In this document: positions 51,745 through 63,583 of the stretch, piece by piece
Numbering within the stretch: position 1 is the first letter of the stretch
Layout of the letters: each line of letters begins with the position of its first letter
DNA from: an uncultured delta proteobacterium
GTDB taxonomy: Bacteria; Desulfobacterota; WTBG01
Direction of reading: 5' to 3'
DNA: 64,000 nt
NCBI GenBank assembly: GCA_963793865.1
Contig: CAWCBP010000001.1
Coordinates: 64,001 to 128,000, forward strand
Notes under the pieces: generated by a model
The model's database searches: none
What the model was told of the DNA's origin: nothing
The model's input: only the letters and a program-made list of their open reading frames with translations
Made by a program: the position numbers and the translations under genes

Positions 51745-52817
51745 GGGTCGGGCCACGCTAACCATCTGATTTTTTTTAGGAATATGCCATAAAAAGAGGC
51801 TAATAATAGCCCAATAAGCTTATTTTTAAGGGGCAAAATCGAGTTATTCAAAATACACAAAGAACTTTTTTTGACATCGGGTCGGGCCGCGCTTATTCGC
51901 TAATATCATTTGATAAAGTTTCTTGCGGGATGTCCATAATGGCCCAATAATTGCTCTTGGCCAGGGTAAAAAACAATTATTTATTTTTAAGCATATGGCT
52001 CGAGCTAAAAGGCACTATCTTCCTGGTAACATCTGGCATATTACCCACCGCTGTCATAAGAGAGAATGGCTGCTTAAGTTTGCGCGGGATCGGCGGCGCT
52101 GGCTTCAATGGCTTTATGTGGCTAGGAGACGATACCAGTTGGTTATCTTAAACTATGCGGTCACCTCAAATCATATTCATCTGCTGGTGGTTGATGATGG
52201 GGATCGGGAAGTTATTCCGCAAGCCATACAGCTTGTGACCGGTCGCACCGCGCAGGAGTATAATCTTCGCAAGCACCGAACCGGTGCATTTTGGGAGGAC
52301 CGTTATCATGCAACAGCTATAGAAAGTGGTGAGCATCTGCTTCGGTGTATGGTGTACATTGATTTGAACATGGTGAGGGCAGGTGTTGTCAAGCACCCAT
52401 CGGAATGGATTTTCAGTGGATACAATGAGGTTCAAAAACCACGCTATAAGTGTTCATTGATCGCACATGAGAGGGTAAGGGAGTTGGCTGGCTTTGACAG
52501 TTTGGATAAGTTTCGGGTCGCCCATGCAGGTTGGGTTGCCGATTCTCTCCGTGATGGTAGCCACAAACGAGAACCTCTGTGGACAGAAAGTATCGCTGTG
52601 GGAAGCGATCAATTTGTGGGAACCATAAAAAAATCGCTCGGCATAAAAGCTAAGGGACGGAAGGTGGTAGAGAAGGAAAACATGTTTTGCCTCCGGGAAA
52701 AAGCAGCAGCTTATAATAGTGCAATTTTTGGCCCTAAAAATGGCATAATTGGGGGTTAAAACGGCTCTTTTTAGAACGAATATTCATTTTTTTCAGAGTG
52801 ATAGCGTGGCCCGACCC
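51745..52817. mobile_element. IR-flanked element carrying a REP-associated tyrosine (HUH) transposase
   Basis: Perfect 16-bp IRs GGGTCGGGCCACGCTA (51745-51760) and TAGCGTGGCCCGACCC (52802-52817); internal near-copy at 51879-51895. Confidence 0.75.
51995..52759 (+). CDS. RAYT / Y1 HUH transposase
   Basis: WHITHR, NHIHLLV (HUH), GAFWEDRYH, YIDLNMVRAG, WIFSGY. Confidence 0.88.
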   Translation: MARAKRHYLPGNIWHITHRCHKREWLLKFARDRRRWLQWLYVARRRYQLVILNYAVTSNHIHLLVVDDGDREVIPQAIQLVTGRTAQEYNLRKHRTGAFWEDRYHATAIESGEHLLRCMVYIDLNMVRAGVVKHPSEWIFSGYNEVQKPRYKCSLIAHERVRELAGFDSLDKFRVAHAGWVADSLRDGSHKREPLWTESIAVGSDQFVGTIKKSLGIKAKGRKVVEKENMFCLREKAAAYNSAIFGPKNGIIGG

Positions 52818-52821
52818 GACG

Positions 52822-52878
52822 AAAGCAATTCAGAACCCCTGCCCGGGGTGTGTGGTTGGGGAGTGGTGCGGGTATTAG
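52822..52878 (+). pseudogene. 3' remnant of a dockerin-tail gene
   Basis: Translates as KAIQNPCPGCVVGEWCGY*, matching the family end (QNPCPAC..GEWCGY). Confidence 0.75.
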
Positions 52879-52997
52879 GTTGCGGATTGTGGAATGCGGA
52901 TTGCGGATTGAAAAAAATCAAATAGGGTCATCTCTTAACTATCAGGTTATAATACGTAGGGTTGTGAGAAAAAGTAGATTACTTTGAGGTAGCCATG

Positions 52998-53123
52998 TGA
53001 TATAATATGTTCGTTTATTACATTTGGAGTATTCCGATGAGTGCCGACGGCAAACATAACCCCGCTTTTTCTCAGATGAAGAAGTCTGAGAGGGTGGGGA
53101 ATTCTATTTTTAGGAGGGTATAA
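52998..53123 (+). promoter_or_regulatory. Extended -10 promoter candidate and conserved leader, copy 3
   Basis: TGATATAAT at 52998-53006; GGAG SD, ATG at 53037, 28-aa uORF MSADGKHNPAFSQ..; hairpin at 53054-53099 with loop GAAGAA. Confidence 0.7.
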
Positions 53124-53125
53124 TC

Positions 53126-55337
53126 ATCAGTAATAAAAATGTTCTAAAAGTATTGATCTTTACTATAAGTTATCTTCTCATTCCATTTAATACCCTTGAG
53201 GCGGAAATTTGGCACACAGAGACGGTGGACAATGCTGGAGATGTCGGTTATGGGACCTCCATTGCCTTAGGCAGTAGCGGGAATCCCTATATCAGCTATT
53301 ATGATAATACCAACGATGATCTCAAATACGCCTGGTATGACGGTACCTGGCACACGGAGACGGTGGATAGTGCCGGGTATGTAGGTTCTTCTAACTCGCT
53401 TGCCTTGGACGAGAAGTGGCAATCCCCATATCAGCTATTTTGATGGGACCAACGATGATCTTAAATATGCCTGGTATGATGGTATTTGGCACATGGAGAC
53501 GGTGGACAGTGCCGGGTATGTAGGTTCTTCTAACTCGCTTGCCTTGGACGAAAGTGGCAATCCCCGTATCAGCTATTTTGATGGGACCAACGATGATCTT
53601 AAATATGCTTGGTGCGAAATGGAATGTGGAGACACTGCTAATTGGCATACGCAGACGGTAGACAGTGCCGGGAATGTAGGTTATTACACTTCGCTTGTTT
53701 TAGACAGTAATGGTAATCCCCGTATCAGCTATCACGATTACACTAACGGTGATCTCAAGTATGCCTGGCATGATGGTAGCTGGCATACCGAGACAGTAGA
53801 TAGCACGGATTATGTTGGAGAATACAGCTCCCTCGCCTTGGATGGAAGTGGCAATCCCCGTATCAGCTATTACGGTTACGACGGTTACTACGGTTATGGA
53901 CATCTCAAGTATGCCTGGTATGATGGTACCTGGCATATCGAGACGGTAGATAGCACGGATTATGTTGGATATTACACTTCACTTGATTTAGACAACAATG
54001 GTAATCCCCGTATCAGCTATTATGATTACATCAATGATGATCTCAAATACGCCTGGTATGATGGTACCTGGCATATCGAGACGGTGGACAGCACGGGTGA
54101 TGTTGGAGAGGACACCTCCCTTGCCTTGGACAGCAACGATGATCCCCATATCAGCTATTATGATTCGAATAACGGTGACCTTAAATATGCGTTTTTACCG
54201 TGCCTCGGTGATTATGATTGTGATGGCGTTATTGATGCAGATAATTGTCCGTTCTACTTCAATCCGAGCCAGGAAGATGGAGATGGTGACGCTGCCGGTG
54301 ATGCCTGTGACAACTGTCCTTATATCGCCAACCCGGACCAGTCGGACATCGATGGTGACAGGATGGGGGATGTATGCGATGATAATCCCAATATAACCGA
54401 ATTGCGTCCCGCAGCGGACGGACATTACAATCGTTCCTATGGTTGCTGTGGCGAATGCGGGTGTATGGAGGTGGATGCGGGTGTAGTTAATGGGATTGTA
54501 GTAAATGAGTACACCGGGCAGATCGATTGTGGTATCTGGTGTGGTAGTGGTTACGCTTATGACTGCAACAGTGGCATTATGGAGTTTGATATTGGCCTCA
54601 TAGATGATTTATTTGTGAGCGGCCTCATAGAGGCACAGCTCTGTCTCACAGCAAAGGAGGGGTACTTATCTGACGGTAGATGTATTTCTTTATACGGCAT
54701 TCAGGACGCAAGCGAGAATGGGATTATTGAGAGGGTTGATTTAGATACGGAAGAGTATATAGACGAAATCTGCGAAGACTTGCAACCAGGGAGTGTTGTC
54801 ACTATAGATGTGACTTCGGTCTTGGAACATGATTTGTTTGATCCTTATCAAACGACCTTGAGTGGGTTTGTTATCAAAGGAAATTCATACCCGTGGAATT
54901 GGTTCCCAAATGGAATCGAATTTTTTGACCATACAGATCCCCTGAATGCCCCCCGACTGACTGTAAGAAACATCGATTCAGATGGTGATAATATTCCTGC
55001 AGTCCAGGATAATTGCCCGTATGATTACAATCCACAGCAGGAGGATTCTTACCCCCCAGGCGGCAACAGCATCGGCGATGCCTGCGACTGCGAAGGCAAT
55101 TTCAACTGCTTTTTAGATCAGGACGTTGATGGTTCAGATGCCGCAACTTTTAAGGCTGACTTCGGTAGAAGCATTATCGTGCATCCCTGTGTTGCTGCAG
55201 ACAAGTGTAACGGCGACTTCAATTGCGACGGCGATGTGGACGGCACCGACGCGGCACAGTTCAAGTCGGATTTCGGCAGAAGCAGTATGAGCAATGCCTG
55301 CCCCGCCTGCGTGACAGGGCCGTGGTGCGCGTATTAG
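53126..55337 (+). CDS. Secreted 7-bladed propeller + TSP3 + Cys-rich middle domain + dockerin-like tail (frameshift near 53411; start reads ATC)
   Basis: ORFs 53153-53443 and 53400-55337 join; the N-terminus aligns with the paralog starting at ATG 55621, placing the start at 53126. Confidence 0.78.
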
Positions 55338-55452
55338 AAGTGCGGATTTCGGAATGCGGATTGAAAAGAGGGGTTAGCAGTCAGCATGGAAAAGCAGAGA
55401 GCAAACGGCAGGAGCATGGAACAACGGGTAAAGCCCTTACAAATACCATAAT

Positions 55453-55572
55453 TATAGTAAACGAAAAAATAGTCATTGCGAGGAGCGCAAGCGACGCGGC
55501 AATCTTATGGGATTGCTTCGCTAACGCTCGCAATGACAACCTACATGTCAACTTTTTAAATCGTTCACTATA
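55453..55572. mobile_element. MITE-like element with an internal GTCATTGCGAG..CTCGCAATGAC palindrome
   Basis: Terminal IRs TATAGTAAACGA and TCGTTCACTATA (11/12 match); abuts the 3' half of a leader hairpin (55573-55600). Confidence 0.6.
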
Positions 55573-55620
55573 GATGAAGAAGTCTGAGAAGGGGAATTCT
55601 ATTCTTAGGAGGGTAAAATC

Positions 55621-58010
55621 ATGAGCAATAAAATGCTGCTAAAAGCTTTAGTCTTTACCATAAGCTATCTTCTCATTCCATTTCATACCCTGGAGGCGGA
55701 GATTATTTGGCACACAGAGACGGTGGATAGTGCTGTAGATGTAGGTTCTTACACCTCTCTTGCCTTAGACAGCAGCGGTAACCCCCATATCAGCTATTAT
55801 GATGTACTCAACGATGATCTCAAATATGCCTGCGTATGATGGCACCTGGCACATCGAGACAGTGGATAGTGGTGGAGATGTAGGTTGGTACACCTCTTTA
55901 GCCTTAGACAGCAGTGATAACCCCCATATCAGCTATTATGATGACAGCATCCAGGGTCTCAAATACGCCTGGTATGACGGCACCTGGCATACGGAGACCG
56001 TGGATAATATGGGTTTTGTTGGATATGACACTTCCCTTGCCTTAGACAGCAGTGATAACCCCCATATCAGCTATTATGATTTGACTAACGATGATCTCAA
56101 ATACGCCTGGTATGATGGCACCTGGCACACAGAGACCGTGGACAGTATCGGAGAGGTAGGTTCGTACACCTCTCTTGCCTTAGACAGCAGCGGGAACCCT
56201 CATATCAGTTATTTTGACTACACCAACCGCGATCTCAAATACGCTTGGTATGATGGCACATGGCACACAGAGACCGTGGACAGTGTCGGAGATGTAGGTT
56301 AGTACACCTCTCTTGCCTTAGACAGCAGTGGGTGCCCCCATATCAGCTATTATGATTATACTGACGATGATCTCAAATACGCCTGGTATGATGGCATCTG
56401 GCATACAGAGACGGTTGATAGTGCTAGATATGTAGGTAAATTCAACTCACTTGCCTTAGACAGCAGTGATAACCCCCATATCAGCTATTATGATGATACT
56501 AACTATGATCTCAAATACGCCTGGCATGATGGCATCTGGCACATAGAGACGGTGGATAGTGCTGGAGTTGTAGGTGAGTGCACCTCTCTTGCCTTAGACA
56601 GCAGTGGGTGCCCCCATATCAGCTATTATGATTGGATTAATTATGATCTCAAATATGTAGAACTTGCATGTCCAGATGATTTCGACTGTGATGGAGTGCC
56701 TAATGGCAATGATAATTGTCCCGTAACCGCTAACCCAGGTCAAGAAGATATGGATGGGGATGATAGAGGAAATGTTTGTGACAACTGTCCAGATAGTGCT
56801 AACCCCAATCAAGAAGATATGGATGGGGATGGTATTGGTGATGTGTGCGACCCGGATGATGATAATGATACTATATGTGATCCAGGTGCATCTGACCCAT
56901 CGTGCAGTGGAGCAGATAATTGTCTTGATAAAGCTAATCCTGGGCAGGAAGATCTTGATAATGACTTGGTAGGTGACGTGTGTGATAACTGTCCCTTCAA
57001 TGCCAACCCCTTACAGGAAGATACTGACGGTGATAGGATCGGTGATGTTTGTGATGATAGGCCTAATGTCTTTAATCCATTTCCAGCAGCGGACGGGCAT
57101 TATTATGAACATGAATACTGTTATCATGGGATGTTTGAATGTTTTTGTAGCGATTCTTCAAGCGTGTTTGGTGGGATAGAAGTTGGTTATGAGGCGTATT
57201 GTTATCCTTATCCGGAGCATTGTAATTGTGATGGTGATTATTATAGTTACATTGGCATTGCAGAGTTTGATATTGCTGGCATAGATGGTTTATTCGCGTC
57301 AGGACAAATAGAGGCAAAACTCCAACTTACGGTGCTGGATTGGGGTTATTCTGATGATAAATGTATTTCCCTGTATAGCGTAGTTGATGACACCGAGAAC
57401 GGGATTATTGAGATAGCTGATATAAATACGGAAGATTTTATAGGGGAAATGTGTGGTAACTTTAATCCTGGAGATACTGTCGTTATTGATGTGACTCTAG
57501 CAATGGAGCATGATTTATTTGATACTGCACAGACAGATTTTTCAGGATTTGTTATCGAGAGAAGCAGCATGGCCGGATTCCATAGAATTTTATGATCATA
57601 CCGATCTTTATAATGGGCCCAGATTAAGCGTTTCAGATATCAATTCGGACGGTGATGATATACCAGCAGTCCAGGACAATTGCCCATTGATATACAATCC
57701 CAATCAAGAAGACTCCTACCCCCCTGGCGGCAACGGCCGTGGTGACGCCTGCGACTGTGAAGGAAATTTCAATTGCGCGGCAGATCAGGACGTTGATGGT
57801 TCAGATGCCGCAACTTTTAAGGCCGACTTCGGAAGAAGCGTCATTGTGGAACCCTGTATTACTGGAGACACATGCAACGGGGACTTCAATTGCGACGGCG
57901 ATGTGGACGGCACCGACGCCTCGCTCTTCAAATCCGACTTCGGCCGCAGCTCATTGCAGAACCCCTGCCCGGCGTGTGAAGCGGGAGTGGAGTGGTGTCA
58001 GTATGAGTGA
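55621..58010 (+). CDS. Paralogous secreted 7-bladed propeller + TSP3 + middle domain + dockerin-like tail (frameshifts near 55832 and 57570; in-frame TAG at 56300)
   Basis: ORFs 55621-55839, 55799-56302, 56552-57595 and 57510-58010 form one continuous architecture; may be a pseudogene. Confidence 0.72.
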
Positions 58011-58096
58011 AGAAGAAGCATTGCGAGGGTTTTGGGAAGAAGTAGGTAACTTTGAGGCTGAGAAGGCGGGGTTTATTTATTGGAGGGAAGGGAGAT

Positions 58097-60775
58097 ATGG
58101 CTACTAAACGTTATATAATTATAATCGTTTTATTAACTGTTTTGATCACTGTGACTGCTGATTTTACGGGAGCGGGAGACTGGCAGATAACCGTAGTGGA
58201 TAGCACGGGTCAGGTTGGATATCACACATCTCTTGCCTTAGACAGCAGTGATAACCCCCATATCAGCTATAATGATGTTACTAATGCTGATCTCAAATAT
58301 GCCTGGTATGATGGCACCTGGCATACAGAGACGGTGGATAGCACGGGTCGGGTTGGATATTACACATCTCTTGCCTTAGACAGCAGTGATAACCCCCACA
58401 TCAGCTATTATGATGATTCTAACGATGATCTCAAATATGCCTGGTATGATGGCATCTGGCGTACAGAGACGGTGGATAGCATGGGTGATGTTGGATGGAA
58501 TACCTCTCTCGCCCTAGACAGCAGTGATAACCCCCATATCAGCTATAATGATGTTACTAATGCTGATCTCAAATATGCCTGGTATGATGGCACCTGGCAT
58601 ACAGAGACGGTGGATAGCACGGGTCGGGTTGGATATTACACATCTCTTGCCTTAGACAGCAGTGATAACCCCCGTATCAGCTATTATGATGATACCAACG
58701 ATGATCTCAAATACGCCTGGTATGATGGCACCTGGCATACAGAGACGGTGGACAGCACGGGTCAGGTTGGATATGGCACCTCTCTTGCCCTGGACAGCAG
58801 TGACAACCCCCATATCAGCTATAGTGATTATACTAACGGTGGTCTCAAGTATGCCTGGTATGATGGCACCTGGCATACGGTGACGGTTGATGCAGGTAGT
58901 GTTGGATATGACACCTCTCTTGCCTTAGACAGCGATAGTAACCCCCGTATCAGCTATAATCTCAAATATGCCTGGTATGACGGCACCTGGCATACTGAGA
59001 CGGTGGATAGCACGGGTGCCGTTGGGGGATACACCTCTCTTGCCTTGGACAGCAATGGTAACCCCCGTATCAGCTATTTAGCTTTTATAGTAACTATAAC
59101 TTATAGTCTTAATTATGCATTTTTACCGTGTACCAATGATTTTGATTGCGATGGCATTCTTGATGCTAATGATAATTGTCTTACCATTTCCAACCCGGTT
59201 CAGGAGGATATAGATATAGATGGGGTGGGGGATATCTGCGATAATTGTCCTGATCTTGCTAATCCTGGCCAGGAGGATGTAGACGGTGATAAAGTCGGTG
59301 GTGTCTGCGATAATTGCCCTGATGTATATAATCCTGATCAAAAAGATATGGACAATGACGGGGCAGGAGATGTCTGTGACAGTGATATTGATGGCGATGG
59401 GATCTTAAATGAGCAAGATAATTGCCCCATAGTCATCAATCCCGGTCAGGAAGACAGTGATGGGGATGGTTTCGGTGATGTCTGCGATTCACAAAACAGC
59501 TTTGCCCTGATAGAGGTAACCTCAAATAAAATCGTAGTCTTTGATCTCGCAGGCAATCTCCTCTATGAGAAAGCATTTGATGGGATGGGAAACTGCTATT
59601 TTGTTTCTCCCAGTGCGCGGGGTTGGCTGGTAAAAGGCTGTCCCCCTGCTGGCTGTGGCTCAAATAACTGGATCATCTGGGACCTGGAACCTGATCTCTC
59701 TGTTGCCAATACGATTACCAATTTAGGGCCAGGGCCCTTCTATACCGGGATCGGCAGCGGAAACTTTGTGGTGGGTAATGTGTATTCTGGGATCATCAAT
59801 CTCTATAGCCCTGCTGGCACTATCATCGGCAGCACCAACGCCTGGCAGGAAGAAAATGGATGGCCCTATGCGTACACTAGGTTAGGAGAAATAGCTGGTT
59901 TAGTCAACGGAGGGTTTGTGGTACCCCCCGAGGGAGGATATCCTGAAGCGGGTGGACTGTACACCCCCTATCTCTATTTCTATGATAACGATCTCAATCT
60001 GACAGATAAAGTAGATATCACCGCAGAGGGTATTCACATCTTTAACGCGGACGGTTTAAGTAATGGAGGATTTGTTGCCACCTGTGCGGATTATGGCACG
60101 ACGGATCAGGTAACGTATTTATGCTATTTCAATGCGGATGGCACACTGATAGAGAAGAGAGATGTAAGCGGTGATATTCCTTTACGTTACTATTCGAATG
60201 TTTTTATCAGCGGGGTGAGTGAGGGGAGAGTGATGGTGAGCGTGCTTGGAGAGGACAGGGTATGGGTATATGGGGTTCCCTCCCAGGGGTTTAACAGCAG
60301 CGATGAGTTTGCCGGGAGCCGCTTGAGTGATGGTGCACCACCTGAGGAGTGGGATTTAAGCAGTTTCGGGATCACTGAGATCGGGTCACTTGCGGGTAAT
60401 GTGTTGGTATTTGACTCAGACAGTGATCAGGTTCCTGAGGCATTAGACAACTGCCCCACCACGGCTAACCCGGGTCAAGACGATACTTATCCCCCGCAAG
60501 GCAACGGCATCGGTGATGCTTGCGACTGCGAAGGCAATTTCAACTGCTTTTTAGATCAGGACGTTGATGGTTCAGATGCCGCAACTTTTAAGGCAGACTT
60601 CGGGAGAAGCGCTATCGTGCATCCCTGTGTTACCGGAGACACCTGCAACGGTGACTTTAACTGTGACGGGGACGTAGACGGCACCGATGCGTCGCTATTC
60701 AAACAAGACTTTGGCCGCAGCCAGTTCAGTGATCCGTGCCCGAGATGTGTGGCAGGAGAATGGTGTGCAAGTTAG
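58097..60775 (+). CDS. Secreted 7-bladed propeller + TSP3 + second propeller-like domain + dockerin-like tail
   Basis: Intact ORF; signal peptide [13 protein letters not shown]; seven 46-aa repeats; DxDGDGxGDxCDNC repeats; conserved tail. Confidence 0.85.
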   Translation: MATKRYIIIIVLLTVLITVTADFTGAGDWQITVVDSTGQVGYHTSLALDSSDNPHISYNDVTNADLKYAWYDGTWHTETVDSTGRVGYYTSLALDSSDNPHISYYDDSNDDLKYAWYDGIWRTETVDSMGDVGWNTSLALDSSDNPHISYNDVTNADLKYAWYDGTWHTETVDSTGRVGYYTSLALDSSDNPRISYYDDTNDDLKYAWYDGTWHTETVDSTGQVGYGTSLALDSSDNPHISYSDYTNGGLKYAWYDGTWHTVTVDAGSVGYDTSLALDSDSNPRISYNLKYAWYDGTWHTETVDSTGAVGGYTSLALDSNGNPRISYLAFIVTITYSLNYAFLPCTNDFDCDGILDANDNCLTISNPVQEDIDIDGVGDICDNCPDLANPGQEDVDGDKVGGVCDNCPDVYNPDQKDMDNDGAGDVCDSDIDGDGILNEQDNCPIVINPGQEDSDGDGFGDVCDSQNSFALIEVTSNKIVVFDLAGNLLYEKAFDGMGNCYFVSPSARGWLVKGCPPAGCGSNNWIIWDLEPDLSVANTITNLGPGPFYTGIGSGNFVVGNVYSGIINLYSPAGTIIGSTNAWQEENGWPYAYTRLGEIAGLVNGGFVVPPEGGYPEAGGLYTPYLYFYDNDLNLTDKVDITAEGIHIFNADGLSNGGFVATCADYGTTDQVTYLCYFNADGTLIEKRDVSGDIPLRYYSNVFISGVSEGRVMVSVLGEDRVWVYGVPSQGFNSSDEFAGSRLSDGAPPEEWDLSSFGITEIGSLAGNVLVFDSDSDQVPEALDNCPTTANPGQDDTYPPQGNGIGDACDCEGNFNCFLDQDVDGSDAATFKADFGRSAIVHPCVTGDTCNGDFNCDGDVDGTDASLFKQDFGRSQFSDPCPRCVAGEWCAS

Positions 60776-60797
60776 TTTTTTGAGGGGAGGTAAAACA

Positions 60798-63583
60798 ATG
60801 AAAAGATTATTGATCGCATGTGCAATATTATTGGTATTGCCTTGCATAGCCGTTGCCTACCCGCTTCCCGATACAGGGCAGACTAAGTGCTATGATGATA
60901 TTGAAAATGAGATCATACCCTGCCCATCACCGGGAGATTCTTTTTTTGGCCAGGATGCTCAGTATGCCATTAATCCTCACTCATATAACAAACTGGATGC
61001 AAATGGCAATGACCTGCCCGATGATGCACCCTGGCCCTGGGCAATGGTACGGGATAATGTGACCGGGCTGACATGGGAAGTCAAAGCATTACAGGATAAT
61101 ACAACAAATTACAGTGACCCCCATGACGCAGACAATACATACAACTGGTACGATGCTCAGGATGTCTTTATTGCATCCCTTAACTCGCAGAATTTTGGCG
61201 GATATTCTGACTGGCGGTTGCCGACGGTACAGGAGTTAGGTTCCATTGGCAACAGAGATACCTATAGTCCTTCAATCAATACAGACTATTTCCCCAATAC
61301 AGTATCGTCCGACTACTGGTCGTGTACAAGTAAGCCAACAATCAGGACTACGCTTGGTTAGTCAATTTTAGGGATGGCTATGTCGTCTTATTCCAATAAG
61401 TTGAATGCCTATAGTTATGTATTGGCGGTTCGAGGGGGACAGTGTGGGTCGCCTGCTCATTTTATCGATAATGGCAACGGAACCGTGACAGACACAGACA
61501 CAGGCTTAATGTGGCAAAAAGATACTTCCCCGGACTCGATATCACTGGCCATACGCACTCATTATTGCGAAAATCTTTCTCTATCTGGTTATAATGATTG
61601 GCGTCTACCGGATTATAATGAACTACATTCCCTTGTCGATTATGGAGTGTATAACCCTGCCATTGACCCAATCTTCTCCAACACTGAGACGTCGTGCTAT
61701 TTGTCGTCAACCACTATCCCCTCCGGAGCATACTCCGTCTGGAGCTTCAATTTTAGTGACGGTGTTGCGAACAAGAGATATAAACAGGCCGGCATCAGTG
61801 CTACGTGCGGGCGGTTCGCGGCGGACAGTGCGAGTCATTTGGTGATTTGGATGCTGATTGTCGCACTGATTGCATAGATAACTGTCCATCAATTTCGAAC
61901 GGTCCGGATTCAGGCACGTGTACGGTAGGTGTTGTTGGGCTTTCTTGCACGAGTCATGAAGAATGTGGAACTGGTGGCTTTTGTAGCATGAGTCAGGAAG
62001 ATACTGACAAGGATTATTTGGGCGATGCGTGCGACAGTTGGCCCAATGATCCTGATAATGATGCTGATGGAGATGGTGTTTCAGGGGAAGTCGATAACTG
62101 TCCAAGCACTTTCAATTCACAGCAAGAAAATGGTGATAATGATACCCATGGGGATGCCTGTGATAACTGCCCTTTCTTAGGCAATGAAGATCAGGCTGAT
62201 GGTGAGAGTGATGATGTTGGCGACCCCTGTGATAACTGCCCCGATGACCCTAATTCAGAGCAGAGCGACTCTGATGGGGATGAGGTTGGTGATATATGTG
62301 ACAACTGCCCCTCTGTTGTCAATATTACTCAGAGTGACTGGGATGGAGATGGTTTGGGTGACGCGTGTGATGATGACATCGATGGAGATGGACTCTTAAA
62401 TGGAGAAGATAACTGCCCAATTCATTATAATACAGACCAGGACGATGTTGATGAAGATGGTGTGGGAGATATTTGTGACAACTGCACTGACATCTATAAT
62501 CCCGATCAATCAGATTCCGATGGCGATATAATAGGTGATGCCTGCGATGCTCATCCTGATGTTTTTGATCCAATGGTAGCAGCAGTTGACGGGCATTACC
62601 AACGGCATGAAAACCGTTATACCTGGTTTTTTGGATCATGCAATGGTAATACTTCGTCAAGTGTGCTTAATGGTATTGATGTAGGCTATGTGGCGTATTG
62701 TTATCCGTTTCCAGGTAACTGTGATTGTGATGGTGATTATTTTTGGTACGAAGGTATTCTGGAGTTTGACATTTCAAAAATGTATGGTTTATTTGCAAGG
62801 GATCAAATAGAGGCAACCCTCCAACTTACCGTGATGGATGGTAATTTATCTAATGCTGCTTGCCTTTCTTTTTACAGTATTGAGGATGAAAATGAGAATG
62901 GAATTGTAGAAATAACCGATAGAGATACTGACGATTATTTGGGACAGATCTGTGAAGACCTCCAGCCTGGCGATACAATTACCATTGATATAACATCAGC
63001 CTTGGAGCATGACTTATTTGGCCCTGACCATGCAAACTTTAGTGGCTTTGTCGTCAAGAGAAGTACCAGTTGGTATAATTATATTCAATTTTATGATCAT
63101 ACCGATCCTGAGAATGGTCCACGGTTAACCGTTATAGATATATTATACTCTGATTACGACGCAGATGGCATTCCTTATGTTGATGACAATTGCGCATCGG
63201 TCCCTAACCCGGATCAGATCGATATGGAGGGAGATGGTGTCGGAGATGCATGCGATAATTGTCTCAATACCAATAATCCCAACCAGGAAGACACCTATCC
63301 CCCGCAAGGCAACGGCATCGGTGACGCTTGCGACTGCGAAGGCAATTTCAACTGCTTTTTAGATCAGGACGTTGATGGTTCAGATGCCGCAACTTTTAAG
63401 GTTGACTTCGGCAGAAGCGATATCGTGCATCCCTGTATTGCCGGAGACACATGCAACGGCGACTTCAATTGCGATGGTGATGTAGACGGCACTGATGCGT
63501 CGCTATTCAAACAAGATTTTGGCAGAAACACATTCAGCAACCTCTGCCCTACGTGTGAAGCGGGAGAGTGGTGTGGATATTAA
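60798..63583 (+). CDS. Secreted protein with two DUF1566 (Lcl) domains + TSP3 + middle domain + dockerin-like tail (several apparent frameshifts)
   Basis: LPDTGQTKCY, VRDNVTGLTWE, GGYSDWRLPTVQEL, DNGNGTVTDTDTGLMWQK, GYNDWRLP, AVRGG; ORFs 60687, 61374 and 61805 join. Confidence 0.78.

Noticed and set aside
56300..56302. In-frame TAG as pyrrolysine or readthrough
   Set aside because: It sits at a variable repeat position that is TGG in a sister repeat, and no pyl genes are seen; a point mutation or sequencing error is simpler.
53209..59120. 138-bp periodic repeats as a CRISPR array
   Set aside because: The repeats are in-frame protein-coding blades without unique spacers, and there are no cas genes.
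60798..61830. DUF1566 domains as diversity-generating retroelement targets
   Set aside because: No reverse transcriptase and no template repeat differing only at adenines is visible; the two domain ends differ at all base types.
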